NCBI GenBank assembly: GCA_963768085.1
Contig: CAVYGO010000004.1
Span: forward strand, 12,135-76,134
Length of the DNA stretch: 64,000 nucleotides
Reading direction: 5' to 3'
Source: an uncultured Flavobacteriaceae bacterium
Lineage (GTDB): Bacteria; Bacteroidota; Bacteroidia; Flavobacteriales; Flavobacteriaceae
Shown here: piece by piece, positions 8,832-18,785 of the stretch
How positions within the stretch are numbered: the stretch's first letter is position 1
Layout of the letters: each line of letters starts with the position of its first letter
Translations under genes and position numbers: made by a program
Notes under the pieces: generated by a model
Databases searched by the model: none
What the model saw: the letters and a program-made list of their open reading frames with translations, nothing else
Told to the model about the DNA's origin: nothing

Positions 8832-9743
8832 ATGAATGTAAAAACGCAATTTAGTATTAAGGATCTGGAGAATTTAAGCAATGTTAAGGCTCATACAATT
8901 CGGATCTGGGAGAAACGCTACAATTTGCTTGAACCCAATCGTACGCTAACCAATATAAGACAATACGACCTTTCTAATTTAAAGAAGTTACTCAATGTGA
9001 CTTTTTTATATAACGAAGGATTGAAGATTTCGAAAATTGCTAAACTCAATGAAAAAGAAATTAATAAACTCGTATTGGATTACGGTGAGGATAAAAAGGA
9101 TGAATTTGCTTTAAACGCACTTAAAACGGCCATGCTCGATTTCGATAGCGAATTGTTCCTTAAGACTTATGATTCATTATCGAAAAACAAATCATTTCGG
9201 GAAATATTTTTCGATATATTCTTACCTCTGCTCAATGAAATAGGCATCTTATGGCAAACTGGGACGATAGATCCATCGCATGAACGCTTCATTTCCGAAT
9301 TAATCAAACAACAAATCATCCTGAATACAGAAAAGCTTCAGCGAAAAAAGCCTCGTCATACAGATTTCATATTTTCACTATTTCTTCCGTATGAAGAAAT
9401 TCATGAAATTGGTCTTCTCTATGCAAATTATGAAGTCCTCAACGCCGGATTTAAAACTATTTATCTAGGAAATAATATTCCCATGGACAGCTTAAAATTT
9501 GTAATTAAGCATCATAAACACATTAAATTTATTTCGTACTTTACAGTGAAACCAGATCGCCAAGGTTTGCATGACTACATTAAGGAATTCAACGAGAAAA
9601 TCAGTACTAGTAAGAAATATGAACTTTGGCTAATGGGTTATAAGACAAAAGAACTAACAGGCCTTACACTGGAAAAAAATTTCACCGTATTTCCATCACT
9701 CACCAGCTTCATTGAGAAACTGGAAACATTAAAAAAATCATAA
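8832..9743 (+). CDS. MerR-family transcriptional regulator with a C-terminal cobalamin-binding-type domain (CarH/LitR-like)
   Basis: 303 aa. N-terminal MerR HTH FSIKDLENLSNVKAHTIRIWEKRYNLLEPNRTLTNIRQYD. The C-terminal half carries the E-x-H-x-x-G motif (EEIHEIGLL) of B12-binding domains and an upstream W...HE helix (ILWQTGTIDPSHERF). It lies directly upstream of the crt genes. Confidence 0.75.
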   Translation: MNVKTQFSIKDLENLSNVKAHTIRIWEKRYNLLEPNRTLTNIRQYDLSNLKKLLNVTFLYNEGLKISKIAKLNEKEINKLVLDYGEDKKDEFALNALKTAMLDFDSELFLKTYDSLSKNKSFREIFFDIFLPLLNEIGILWQTGTIDPSHERFISELIKQQIILNTEKLQRKKPRHTDFIFSLFLPYEEIHEIGLLYANYEVLNAGFKTIYLGNNIPMDSLKFVIKHHKHIKFISYFTVKPDRQGLHDYIKEFNEKISTSKKYELWLMGYKTKELTGLTLEKNFTVFPSLTSFIEKLETLKKS

Positions 9744-9799
9744 AAAACGAAGCTTGTCAAAATTTTGTTTAATTAATTAATATGTTTGCTAAACAAAAT

Positions 9800-11257
9800 A
9801 TGAAAGACATAGCAATCATCGGATCTGGTTTCTCCTCACTGGCAGCGGCTTCTTATCTTGCCAAGGCGGGTAATAAAGTGACTATCTATGAAAAGAATCA
9901 GACTGTAGGGGGCAGAGCGCGTCAACTTTCGAAAGATGGATTTACCTTCGATATTGGCCCCACCTGGTATTGGATGCCTGATGTATTTGAACGTTTCTTT
10001 GCCGATTTCGATAAGAAACCTTCAGACTATTACGAGCTTATTAAATTAAACCCGGCCTACAGTGTTTATTTTGGTAAGAACGACTTTATCACCATTGAAG
10101 ACAGCCTCGAAAAGATTTGCATAGCCTTTGAAGCTGAAGAATCCGGTAGTTCTTCGAAACTAAGAAAGTTCATGAAGGAGGCGCTGGATAATTACAATGT
10201 CGCTATTAAGGACCTGGTCTACCGTCCGGGAATATCACCCCTGGAACTGATCACGCCGGTCACCATGAAGAAAATCGGACAGTTCTTTTCAACCATCAGC
10301 AAGGAAGTTCGTAAGGAATTTAAAAATTCCAGGTTAATTTCGATCCTCGAATTTCCCGTGTTATTCCTCGGAGCAAAACCTTCCGATACCCCTGCCTTTT
10401 ACAGTTTTATGAATTACGCCGATTTCGGCCTCGGGACATTTCATCCAAAAGATGGTATGTACTCAGTTATTTCAGGTATGAGGGACTTGGCGCTATCTTT
10501 GGGGGTTCAGATCAAGACTAACCAAAATGTTGAAAAGATTATTCTGAAGGGCAGGAAAGCTTCAGGAATCATAGTAAATGGAGACACAATACATTCGGAT
10601 GTAATTCTAAGCGGTGCGGATTACCATCATACTGAAACATTGCTCGAACCTGAATTCAGGCAGTATTCTGAACGATACTGGAGTAAAAAAACATTCGCTC
10701 CATCATCACTACTTTTCTACGTTGGGTTCGACAAGAAAATCCAGAACACGGAACATCATACACTATTTTTTGATGTAGATTTTGACGCGCATGCCGATGC
10801 AATTTATGATAACCCTGCATGGCCCGAAAACCCACTATTCTACGCGAGTTTCCCTTCGAAAACAGATTCGTCTGCCGCACCCGAAGGAAAAGAAGCCGGA
10901 ATTTTTCTTATTCCATTAGCACCGGGGATTCAGGATAGCCCGGAAATACGAGAGGAATATTTTAACAAAATCATGTCAAGATTTGAATACTTAACTAATC
11001 GAGAAGTTAAAAATTACGTTATATTTAAGGAGTCCTACTGTATAAATGACTTTATCAATGATTATAATTCATATAAGGGGAATGCGTATGGACTAGCTAA
11101 TACATTGATGCAAACTGCGTTTTTAAGACCAAAACTGAAAAGTAAAAAGGTTGAAAATCTGTTCTTTACAGGACAGCTTACGGTTCCAGGGCCAGGTGTT
11201 CCTCCCTCGCTGATCTCTGGTAAACTGGTCGCAGGTCTAATTGAAAAAGAGAACTAA
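9800..11257 (+). CDS. crtI: Phytoene desaturase
   Basis: Track ORF 9782..11257. I prefer the ATG at 9800, which gives MKDIAIIGSGFSSLAAASYLAKAGNKVTIYEKN (FAD Rossmann GxGxxG). The C-terminal FTGQLTVPGPGVP is CrtI-typical. Confidence 0.9.
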   Translation: MKDIAIIGSGFSSLAAASYLAKAGNKVTIYEKNQTVGGRARQLSKDGFTFDIGPTWYWMPDVFERFFADFDKKPSDYYELIKLNPAYSVYFGKNDFITIEDSLEKICIAFEAEESGSSSKLRKFMKEALDNYNVAIKDLVYRPGISPLELITPVTMKKIGQFFSTISKEVRKEFKNSRLISILEFPVLFLGAKPSDTPAFYSFMNYADFGLGTFHPKDGMYSVISGMRDLALSLGVQIKTNQNVEKIILKGRKASGIIVNGDTIHSDVILSGADYHHTETLLEPEFRQYSERYWSKKTFAPSSLLFYVGFDKKIQNTEHHTLFFDVDFDAHADAIYDNPAWPENPLFYASFPSKTDSSAAPEGKEAGIFLIPLAPGIQDSPEIREEYFNKIMSRFEYLTNREVKNYVIFKESYCINDFINDYNSYKGNAYGLANTLMQTAFLRPKLKSKKVENLFFTGQLTVPGPGVPPSLISGKLVAGLIEKEN

Positions 11258-11258
11258 A

Positions 11259-12101
11259 GTGAAAAAGATTTTTGATAATGTTTCTGAAATTTGTAGTCAA
11301 AAAGTGACTAAAACCTATAGTACTTCTTTTTCTATGGCTACAAAAATGCTTGCTCCTACAATACGGCAAGACATCTACAATATTTACGGATTTGTGAGAT
11401 TTGCAGATGAGATCGTGGATTCATTTCACGATTACGAAAAGGAGGAACTGTTCAACAGGTTCGAGGCCGATATGAATCATGCCTTAACCCACAAGATTAG
11501 CTTGAATCCTATTCTGAATTCATTTCAACATACCGCACTCAAGTACAATATAGATCGTCATCTTATCGATTCTTTTATGGGAAGTATGCGTTTAGACCTA
11601 ACGAAATCGGAATACCGGACCAACGAGGAATATGAGCAATACATTTATGGATCTGCCGACGTGGTGGGACTCATGTGTTTGAAGGTTTTTGTTAAGGGCG
11701 ATAACGTAAAATATGAAGAACTTAAGGATGCGGCCATGCATCTGGGATCTGCCTTTCAGAAAGTGAATTTCCTGAGGGATCTGAAAGCTGATTACGAAAC
11801 TCTCAACCGTACCTATTTCCCAAACACAAACCTTTCCGCTTTAGATGAGAATTCTAAGAAAGCGATCATTGAAGAAATTGAAAATGATTTCAAAAAGGGA
11901 TATGAAGGTATCCTGATGTTGCCCACCGAAGCGAAATTCGGCGTATTCATTGCGTACCGCTATTACAGACGACTACTGAAAAAGCTGGCTAAAACGCCGG
12001 CTATGGAAATAAAAAATACGAGGATCAGAGTACCCAATTATGAAAAGTTTGGTCTCCTTACCCGCAGTTATGTGAAATATCAATTAAAACTAGTAAAATA
12101 A
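11259..12101 (+). CDS. crtB: Phytoene synthase
   Basis: The track starts at TTG 11241, inside crtI. GTG 11259, directly after the crtI TAA, gives (M)KKIFDNVSEICSQKVTKTYSTSFS. Motifs FVRFADEIVD and YGSADVVG are the Asp-rich squalene/phytoene synthase motifs. Confidence 0.9.
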   Translation: MKKIFDNVSEICSQKVTKTYSTSFSMATKMLAPTIRQDIYNIYGFVRFADEIVDSFHDYEKEELFNRFEADMNHALTHKISLNPILNSFQHTALKYNIDRHLIDSFMGSMRLDLTKSEYRTNEEYEQYIYGSADVVGLMCLKVFVKGDNVKYEELKDAAMHLGSAFQKVNFLRDLKADYETLNRTYFPNTNLSALDENSKKAIIEEIENDFKKGYEGILMLPTEAKFGVFIAYRYYRRLLKKLAKTPAMEIKNTRIRVPNYEKFGLLTRSYVKYQLKLVK

Positions 12102-12105
12102 GATT

Positions 12106-12555
12106 ATGGAGATTCTACTTTGGATACTCATATTTACAACCACTTTTTTTATTATGGAATTCATGGCTTGGTTCACCCACAAATATATTATGCACGGATT
12201 TTTATGGATCCTCCATAAGGATCACCATAAAAAAGACCATGGGAGCTGGTGGGAGCGAAATGATTTCTTTTTTATCTTTTATGCAGCGGTGAGCATCGGA
12301 TGTTTTGTCGCCTGGCAGTATTATGGATTCTGGGCCGGATTACCTATCGGACTTGGTATCTTTGCGTATGGTGTTACCTATTTTATGGTACACGATATTT
12401 TTATTCATCAACGGTTCAGGATGTTTCGAAATGCGAATAACTGGTATGCCAGGGGTATTCGACGTGCCCACAAAATTCACCACAAACATCTGGGAAAAAA
12501 TAAAGGAGAATGCTTTGGCATGTTGATTCCGCCGATGAAATATTTCAAAAAATAA
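12106..12555 (+). CDS. crtZ: Beta-carotene hydroxylase
   Basis: 149 aa. His boxes HKDHH, HDIFIH and HKIHH of the fatty-acid-hydroxylase superfamily, at the size and TM pattern of CrtZ. Confidence 0.88.
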   Translation: MEILLWILIFTTTFFIMEFMAWFTHKYIMHGFLWILHKDHHKKDHGSWWERNDFFFIFYAAVSIGCFVAWQYYGFWAGLPIGLGIFAYGVTYFMVHDIFIHQRFRMFRNANNWYARGIRRAHKIHHKHLGKNKGECFGMLIPPMKYFKK

Positions 12556-12558
12556 GAA

Positions 12559-13233
12559 ATGAAATTCTTGTACCTGTGGCTGAACCTGGGCTCTCTCATA
12601 ATTCCTTTCTTGTTCAGCTTTCATCCCAGGTTAAGCTTTTACAAAAAATGGAAGTCGCTTTTCCTTGGAATAGCGATTATGATGGCTGTTTTTATTCCCT
12701 GGGATATTATTTTTACTGAAAATGGTTTTTGGGGCTTTAATCCCGAGTATCTTACCGGGTATTATTTACTAGGGCTGCCTATTGAGGAGTGGCTCTTCTT
12801 TATATGTATACCCTATGCCTGTGTTTTTACCCACTATGCACTTCTGGAAATATTCCCGAAATTCAGTTTCGGAAAACGAACTGCCAATATTATCTACATA
12901 TCGATAATAACTATCCTAATTATCCCCTTATGGTACTATTACGACCGCTGGTATACCCTTGTCAACTTCGTGTATGGCTTACTCATTTTAGCCATGGTCT
13001 ATAATTACCGAAAGAGCCTTCTACAATCTTTCTTCGCTACGTACCTCATTATCCTAATACCCTTCTTTATCGTTAACGGGATTCTAACAGGAACCGGCAT
13101 CGAAGATCAGGTGGTATGGTACAACAATAATGAAAACCTCGGCATACGTATGTTAACGATTCCAGTTGAAGATACTATCTATAACCTCGGTATGCTGCTC
13201 ACTGTACTTTTTGTTACCGAAAAAATAAAGTGA
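12559..13233 (+). CDS. Lycopene-cyclase-domain protein (fused CrtYc/CrtYd-type lycopene beta-cyclase)
   Basis: 224 aa polytopic membrane protein with two repeated halves (PIEEWLFF... / IPVEDTIYN...), typical of the heterodimeric-type cyclase domain. Position at the end of the crt cluster. Confidence 0.75.
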   Translation: MKFLYLWLNLGSLIIPFLFSFHPRLSFYKKWKSLFLGIAIMMAVFIPWDIIFTENGFWGFNPEYLTGYYLLGLPIEEWLFFICIPYACVFTHYALLEIFPKFSFGKRTANIIYISIITILIIPLWYYYDRWYTLVNFVYGLLILAMVYNYRKSLLQSFFATYLIILIPFFIVNGILTGTGIEDQVVWYNNNENLGIRMLTIPVEDTIYNLGMLLTVLFVTEKIK

Positions 13234-13285
13234 AAATAGCACCGTTGAAGTGCTAACGAAATCAATCACGGCTTTGAAATTAGAT

Positions 13286-13855
13286 CTAATGGGAATCAAC
13301 AAGCAGATTCTCAAGAATATCAACTACCTCTTCACTATCCCATTGTGCGGCACCTGTCTTTTGAATGATGATCTCGCCATCGGTATCTATTAAAAAAGTG
13401 GTAGGAATTGTTGTCACCCGAAGTTCGGCAGGAGGCCTTTGTGTTTCCCGATAGACCGGAAAATCGTAGCCTTTCTTTTCCATAAACTTATTCACTGTGG
13501 CGGCATCTTCAGCCGTTACAAAATAGAAATCCACCTTATCACCATAGGCCGTGTACAGTTTCTGCATAGATGGTAATTCTGCAAGACAAGGAGGGCACCA
13601 GGTAGCCCAGAGATTAAGTAGTACCACCTTATCCTCTGAATTAGAAAAATCAATAGTTGATCCGTCGACAGTGGAAAGCTGCCAATGGTAATTTGAAAGT
13701 TTTTTCCTTACCGATGAATCCACTTCTGAAGGAGATGCCATAATCAATTGCTGAAAAAACACTTTAATAGGAATTGAGGTTTGAGGGACAATCAGTAATC
13801 CTACAAAAACTACGATCAATAAATTCAGCCAGTTCTTTTTAAAAAACGGTCTCAT
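13286..13855 (-). CDS. TlpA-family thiol:disulfide oxidoreductase (thioredoxin fold)
   Basis: 189 aa. N-terminal TM anchor and the WATWCPPC active site. Confidence 0.8.
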   Translation of the reverse strand: MRPFFKKNWLNLLIVVFVGLLIVPQTSIPIKVFFQQLIMASPSEVDSSVRKKLSNYHWQLSTVDGSTIDFSNSEDKVVLLNLWATWCPPCLAELPSMQKLYTAYGDKVDFYFVTAEDAATVNKFMEKKGYDFPVYRETQRPPAELRVTTIPTTFLIDTDGEIIIQKTGAAQWDSEEVVDILENLLVDSH

Positions 13856-13890
13856 AAGTGTCTTGGTCAGATTAACAATTGAAAGCTAAC

Positions 13891-13920
13891 AAAAAACTCC
13901 TGGCACAAGCAGGAGTTTTC
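13891..13920 (-). terminator. Rho-independent terminator downstream of the aconitase gene
   Basis: Stem AAAACTCCTG / CAGGAGTTTT with loop GCACAAG. On the minus strand it is followed by TTTTTTG. Confidence 0.65.
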
Positions 13921-13941
13921 CATATGGTTCATCATTGAATA

Positions 13942-16206
13942 TTATGCGTTCTGTTTTTTAATCAGATTGAGTGCGGAGCCTTCCCTGTACCATTCGATCT
14001 GCGCATCGTTATACGTATGGTTCGCCATGATGGTATCCTTACTTCCGTCCATATGCACAACCTCAATTGTGAGCGGTTTTCCCGGAGCAAATTCGGCAAT
14101 ATCCACGAAATTAAAGGTGTCATCTTCCTGTATCAGATCATAATCACTTTCATTAGCAAAAGTAAGTCCCAGCATTCCCTGTTTCTTAAGGTTGGTCTCA
14201 TGAATTCTCGCAAAGGACTTCACTAAGACAGCGGCCACTCCAAGGTGTCTGGGCTGCATGGCTGCATGTTCACGAGATGATCCTTCCCCATAATTGTGAT
14301 CGCCTACAACAATGGTTCGAATTCCTGCTGCTTTATACGTTCTTTGGGTATCCGGAACACCAGCATATTCTCCATCCAACTGGCTCTTTACAAAATTGGT
14401 CTTCTTATTAAAAGCGTTCACAGCTCCAATGAGCGTATTGTTAGCAATATTATCCAGATGGCCTCGATAACGAAGCCATGGCCCGGCCATAGAAATATGA
14501 TCGGTAGTACACTTTCCAAATGCTTTGATGAGAAGCTTTACGCCTCTCAGTTCCTCGTCTTTTATTGGTTGGAAAGGAGTTAAAAGCTGCAGCCTTTCAC
14601 TGGTAGGGTTCACCACCACATTTACCACACTTCCGTCAGCATCCGGTTCAAGATAACCAGCATCTTCTACTTCAAATCCACGAGGGGGTAGTTCAATGCC
14701 CCTGGGCTCGTCCAGTTTTACTTCTTCCCCCTCTTCATTGATGAGAGTATCACGCATAGGATCGAAATCTAAACGTCCTGAAATTGCAATAGCCGCGACC
14801 ATCTCGGGTGATCCTACAAAGGCATGTGTATTCGGATTGCCATCTGCTCTTTTCGAAAAATTTCTGTTGAAGGAGTGGACGATAGTATTCTTCTCATCTC
14901 CCAGCACATCACTTCGGTCCCACTGACCTATACAAGGCCCACAGGCATTTGTAAAAATAGTTGCACCAAGATTTTCAAAAACCTGCAATAAACCATCTCT
15001 TTGAGCCGTATAACGAATTTGTTCCGATCCCGGGTTTATTCCAAAATCACTTTTAGGTTTCAAATTCTTATCAATTGCCTGTTGTGCGATCGAAGCAGCC
15101 CGGGTAAGGTCTTCATAGGAGGAATTAGTACATGACCCGATAAGACCCCACATGACATTGATTGGCCAATCATTTTTGCGAGCTTTGTCACCTAGCTCCC
15201 CAACAGGCGTAGCCAGATCCGGGGTGAAGGGTCCATTCAAATGCGGACGTAATTCGGAAAGATTAATCTCGATCACCTGGTCGAAATACTGCTCCGGATT
15301 TTCATACACTTCGGGATCACCTGTTAAATATTCCCTGATCTTATTTGCCTCATCGGCGATTGCTTCCCTGTCGGTCGCGCGTAGGAATCGCTCCATGGCA
15401 TCATCATAACCAAAAGTAGAGGTAGTTGCCCCTATCTCTGCTCCCATATTAGATATAGTTCCTTTACCGGTACAGGATAAATTCTTTGCCCCAGGCCCAA
15501 AATACTCCACAATGGCACCAGTCCCACCTTTTACTGTAAGGATCCCGGCTACTTTTAGAATAACATCCTTAGATGCCGTCCATCCATTCAACTCCCCGGT
15601 AAGTTTTACTCCTATTAATTTCGGGAATTTTAATTCCCACGGCATTCCGGCCATTACATCAACAGCATCTGCACCCCCTACACCAACCGCTACCATTCCC
15701 AAGCCTCCGGCGTTAACCGTGTGTGAGTCGGTACCAATCATCATTCCGCCAGGAAAAGCATAATTTTCCAGTACTACCTGGTGAATAATACCGGCGCCAG
15801 GTTTCCAGAAGCCAATTCCGTATTTGTTCGACACAGATTCAAGAAAATCGAACACCTCATGACTCGTATCATTCGCTCTTTTTAAATCGACTGTTGCTCC
15901 ATCTTTCGCCTGGATCAGGTGATCACAGTGAACGGTAGTTGGCACCGCCACCTTATCTTTTCCGGCCTGCATGAACTGTAATAAGGCCATTTGGGCGGTC
16001 GCGTCCTGACAAGCAATCCTGTCTGGAGCAAAATCCACATAATTTACGCCTCTTTTGAATGCTGTTGTAGGTGCTCCATCCCATAAATGAGCATATAATA
16101 TCTTTTCTGAAAGTGTGAGTGGTTTCCCCACAACTTCACGAGCCTTGTCGACGCGTGATGGTAAGGTTGCATATACTTTCTTTATCATTTCAATGTCAAA
16201 TGCCAT
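13942..16206 (-). CDS. Aconitate hydratase (about 750-aa mitochondrial-type aconitase)
   Basis: 754 aa. Motifs IGTDSHT, GSCTNSS and NACGPCIG (Fe-S ligands) plus the swivel domain [17 protein letters not shown]. Confidence 0.95.
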   Translation of the reverse strand: MAFDIEMIKKVYATLPSRVDKAREVVGKPLTLSEKILYAHLWDGAPTTAFKRGVNYVDFAPDRIACQDATAQMALLQFMQAGKDKVAVPTTVHCDHLIQAKDGATVDLKRANDTSHEVFDFLESVSNKYGIGFWKPGAGIIHQVVLENYAFPGGMMIGTDSHTVNAGGLGMVAVGVGGADAVDVMAGMPWELKFPKLIGVKLTGELNGWTASKDVILKVAGILTVKGGTGAIVEYFGPGAKNLSCTGKGTISNMGAEIGATTSTFGYDDAMERFLRATDREAIADEANKIREYLTGDPEVYENPEQYFDQVIEINLSELRPHLNGPFTPDLATPVGELGDKARKNDWPINVMWGLIGSCTNSSYEDLTRAASIAQQAIDKNLKPKSDFGINPGSEQIRYTAQRDGLLQVFENLGATIFTNACGPCIGQWDRSDVLGDEKNTIVHSFNRNFSKRADGNPNTHAFVGSPEMVAAIAISGRLDFDPMRDTLINEEGEEVKLDEPRGIELPPRGFEVEDAGYLEPDADGSVVNVVVNPTSERLQLLTPFQPIKDEELRGVKLLIKAFGKCTTDHISMAGPWLRYRGHLDNIANNTLIGAVNAFNKKTNFVKSQLDGEYAGVPDTQRTYKAAGIRTIVVGDHNYGEGSSREHAAMQPRHLGVAAVLVKSFARIHETNLKKQGMLGLTFANESDYDLIQEDDTFNFVDIAEFAPGKPLTIEVVHMDGSKDTIMANHTYNDAQIEWYREGSALNLIKKQNA

Positions 16207-16431
16207 ACTTATTATTTTTGGTTGTGACTGATTAGAATCCCCGGAAATCTATTTTCATGTAATTGCTGAAATCGATCTTTTGCCAATCGCGTTGCGAAAT
16301 TACAAAATTTTAAAATAATTTAAAAATATCTAAAGAAACAGCGATTTAGGTAAATATAATTCAGAAAAAGGTAATTTTCATTGAACTAATTTAACGATAT
16401 ATCAATTTTAAGTACTAAAAATTAACATATT

Positions 16432-17580
16432 CTAATTTTTCTTATATCCTAAAAATTTTAAAATTCTAGGGGAATCTCGCAAATCGGTAAATGGCTTCTC
16501 AAAGTATTTATACAAGAGAAAGGAAAACAAAATGGTAATTCCCCAGTAGAGGAAAGTATATAACCAAAGGGAAATACCTGTGAGTTCTTCCGAAGGAAAA
16601 ATTGTCTTCAGACTGTGCAGTATGATCGTATAGTGCAAGAGGTATAACGAATAGGAGATCAGGCTTATGGTGGTGAAGAATTTCACAACAAGTTTAGATC
16701 CTATTTCCATTGTAATGAGATACGGGATAAGGCAACAAATAGCGATCGAGTGGAATCCCAGATACCAGATGATCATAAAACCGGGTGTATTCTCCACAGT
16801 AATACCTAAAGGTACACGAATAATATTCAGAAATATGAGGGCAATCAGACCTGCAAACAGCAGCAATCGTTCATGTTTATGAACCCATGTGGTATATTTA
16901 TTATAGAAATATCGCAAAAGAAATCCCCAATAAACCGCATCTAGTCTGTAGATAAGTACTTTCCTGATCGATTCGTTCCATTCGAAGATATCGGCCACAG
17001 ATTGTGTGTAGTAGAAATACACTTTGGTTAGTGTAAAGCAGATAAGTATGAATATGGTAACCCATAGGTAGAATTTATCTCTATTCTTTTTTGGAAAGAA
17101 AAGGATAAGTCCGTATAACAGGAAAGGACCGATGATATAAGAGAATTGTTCAACCGCCAAACTCCAGGATACGCGATAGAACGGCAATGAAGTTTCAGAG
17201 AAATTCTGGATATACACGATGTACTTATAAATCTTTTCGGGGAATTCACCGTAGATGAAATACCATACCAACACATTGACAAAAAGCAATAAATAATAAT
17301 TGGGGAAGGTTCGGAACCAACGGCGGAAAAGAAAGTGTTTAATGTTCGTAAAAGAAAAATCAGGGAGTAATATCTCACGCCATACGATCTTACCAATTAA
17401 GAAACCACTTATAATAAAAAAGATCTCCACCCCTGCCGTACCACTAAGCTTCATGGCTGCACTAACAACTTTTGGGTAATGATCACTGATCCACAACGTA
17501 TGAGAGAAAAGTACAAGGAGAATGGCAAATGTCCGGGCTACATCCAGGCCAACATTTCTCTTTTTATAGCTGATGTTCAT
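16432..17580 (-). CDS. Acyltransferase family 3 (OafA/YrhL-like) membrane protein
   Basis: 382 aa with about 10 TM helices. N-terminal LDVARTFAILLVLFSHT and FFIISGFLI motifs. Confidence 0.8.
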   Translation of the reverse strand: MNISYKKRNVGLDVARTFAILLVLFSHTLWISDHYPKVVSAAMKLSGTAGVEIFFIISGFLIGKIVWREILLPDFSFTNIKHFLFRRWFRTFPNYYLLLFVNVLVWYFIYGEFPEKIYKYIVYIQNFSETSLPFYRVSWSLAVEQFSYIIGPFLLYGLILFFPKKNRDKFYLWVTIFILICFTLTKVYFYYTQSVADIFEWNESIRKVLIYRLDAVYWGFLLRYFYNKYTTWVHKHERLLLFAGLIALIFLNIIRVPLGITVENTPGFMIIWYLGFHSIAICCLIPYLITMEIGSKLVVKFFTTISLISYSLYLLHYTIILHSLKTIFPSEELTGISLWLYTFLYWGITILFSFLLYKYFEKPFTDLRDSPRILKFLGYKKN

Positions 17581-17624
17581 AGGTTGGGGTTAGCATTTTC
17601 GAGAGGAAAGTTACTAAAAAAGAA

Positions 17625-17813
17625 CTAGGTGTTATTCCTGCGTTTAAAGATAAACCAAATTACGAGTCCGATCATTAAGGAGAGCGATCCAATGGAAAGT
17701 AACGCATTGCCACCTAAACCAAAAATCTCCCAGTGTAATACTTTGAATAGTATTCCGATGACTAAAAGAATCATTCCTAAAATAACTAGTATGATTCCAG
17801 GGATTCGTTTCAC
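17625..17813 (-). CDS. Small two-TM membrane protein (hypothetical)
   Basis: 62 aa, two clear hydrophobic helices and a basic C-terminus. Starts 9 nt downstream of the moxR stop on the same strand. It contains an FKVLHWE motif that I do not over-interpret. Confidence 0.4.
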   Translation of the reverse strand: MKRIPGIILVILGMILLVIGILFKVLHWEIFGLGGNALLSIGSLSLMIGLVIWFIFKRRNNT

Positions 17814-17822
17814 AACTTCACG

Positions 17823-18776
17823 CTAATATAAGCTGGTTACAATTTCTTCGATAGTAAGTCCTTCGGCTTCGGCTTTGTAATTTTTAATAAGTCGGTGGCG
17901 TAAAATTCCTATAGCCACTTTCTGAACATCTTCTATATCCGGTGAGAATTTTCCATTCAGGGCAGCAATCGCTTTCGCTGCCAGAATCAGATTCTGCGAA
18001 GCCCTTGGTCCGGCGCCCCAGTCGATATAGTTTTTTATAATTTCCGGTGCTGCCTGACTCTTAGGTCTCGTCTTGCCAACGAGTGTCACAGCATATTCAA
18101 TCACATTATCAGCCACGGGGACTTTCCTAATGAGCTGTTGATAATTGATTATTTCTTCCCCGGTAAAAAGCGGGTTTACGGTTTGAGTCACCCCGCCGGT
18201 AGTGGTTTTTACTACCTCCACTTCTTCGGAAAATGATGGATATTCCAGGTTGATGGCGAACATAAAGCGGTCTAACTGAGCTTCCGGTAAGGGATAGGTT
18301 CCTTCCTGCTCAATTGGGTTTTGAGTGGCCAGTACGAAATACGGGCTGTCTAATTCATATCGATGACCTGCTACCGTCACCACACGTTCCTGCATGGCCT
18401 CAAGTAAGGCAGCCTGGGTCTTGGGAGGAGTTCGGTTTATTTCATCGGCAAGAATAATATTCGAGAAAATAGGGCCTTTGATGAATTTGAACTCCCTGTT
18501 CTGGTCGAGAATCTCAGATCCCAATATATCGCTAGGCATTAGATCCGGTGTAAATTGAATTCGTTTGAAATGTAACCCCAAGGCCTCAGCTACGGTATGC
18601 ACCAGCAATGTCTTAGCCAGGCCGGGAACCCCAATAAGTAAAGCATGTCCACCGGAAAAGATAGATAAGAGAACCTGCTCAACGACCTCATCCTGTCCTA
18701 CTATAACTTTTTTAATTTCCTGCTTTAAAGCATTGTATTTAGCCACTAATTGTTCTACTGCTGCTACGTCGGACAT
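17823..18776 (-). CDS. MoxR-family AAA+ ATPase
   Basis: 317 aa. Walker A GVPGLAKT, Walker B ILADEINR, and the ATQNPIEQEGTYPLPEAQLDRF signature of AAA_3/MoxR. Confidence 0.92.
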   Translation of the reverse strand: MSDVAAVEQLVAKYNALKQEIKKVIVGQDEVVEQVLLSIFSGGHALLIGVPGLAKTLLVHTVAEALGLHFKRIQFTPDLMPSDILGSEILDQNREFKFIKGPIFSNIILADEINRTPPKTQAALLEAMQERVVTVAGHRYELDSPYFVLATQNPIEQEGTYPLPEAQLDRFMFAINLEYPSFSEEVEVVKTTTGGVTQTVNPLFTGEEIINYQQLIRKVPVADNVIEYAVTLVGKTRPKSQAAPEIIKNYIDWGAGPRASQNLILAAKAIAALNGKFSPDIEDVQKVAIGILRHRLIKNYKAEAEGLTIEEIVTSLY

Positions 18777-18785
18777 ATAGTTTCT

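Noticed and set aside
13942-16206. The mitochondrial-type (about 750 aa) aconitase as an unusual feature.
   Set aside because: As far as I recall, this form is the normal aconitase of Bacteroidota, so it is not anomalous here.
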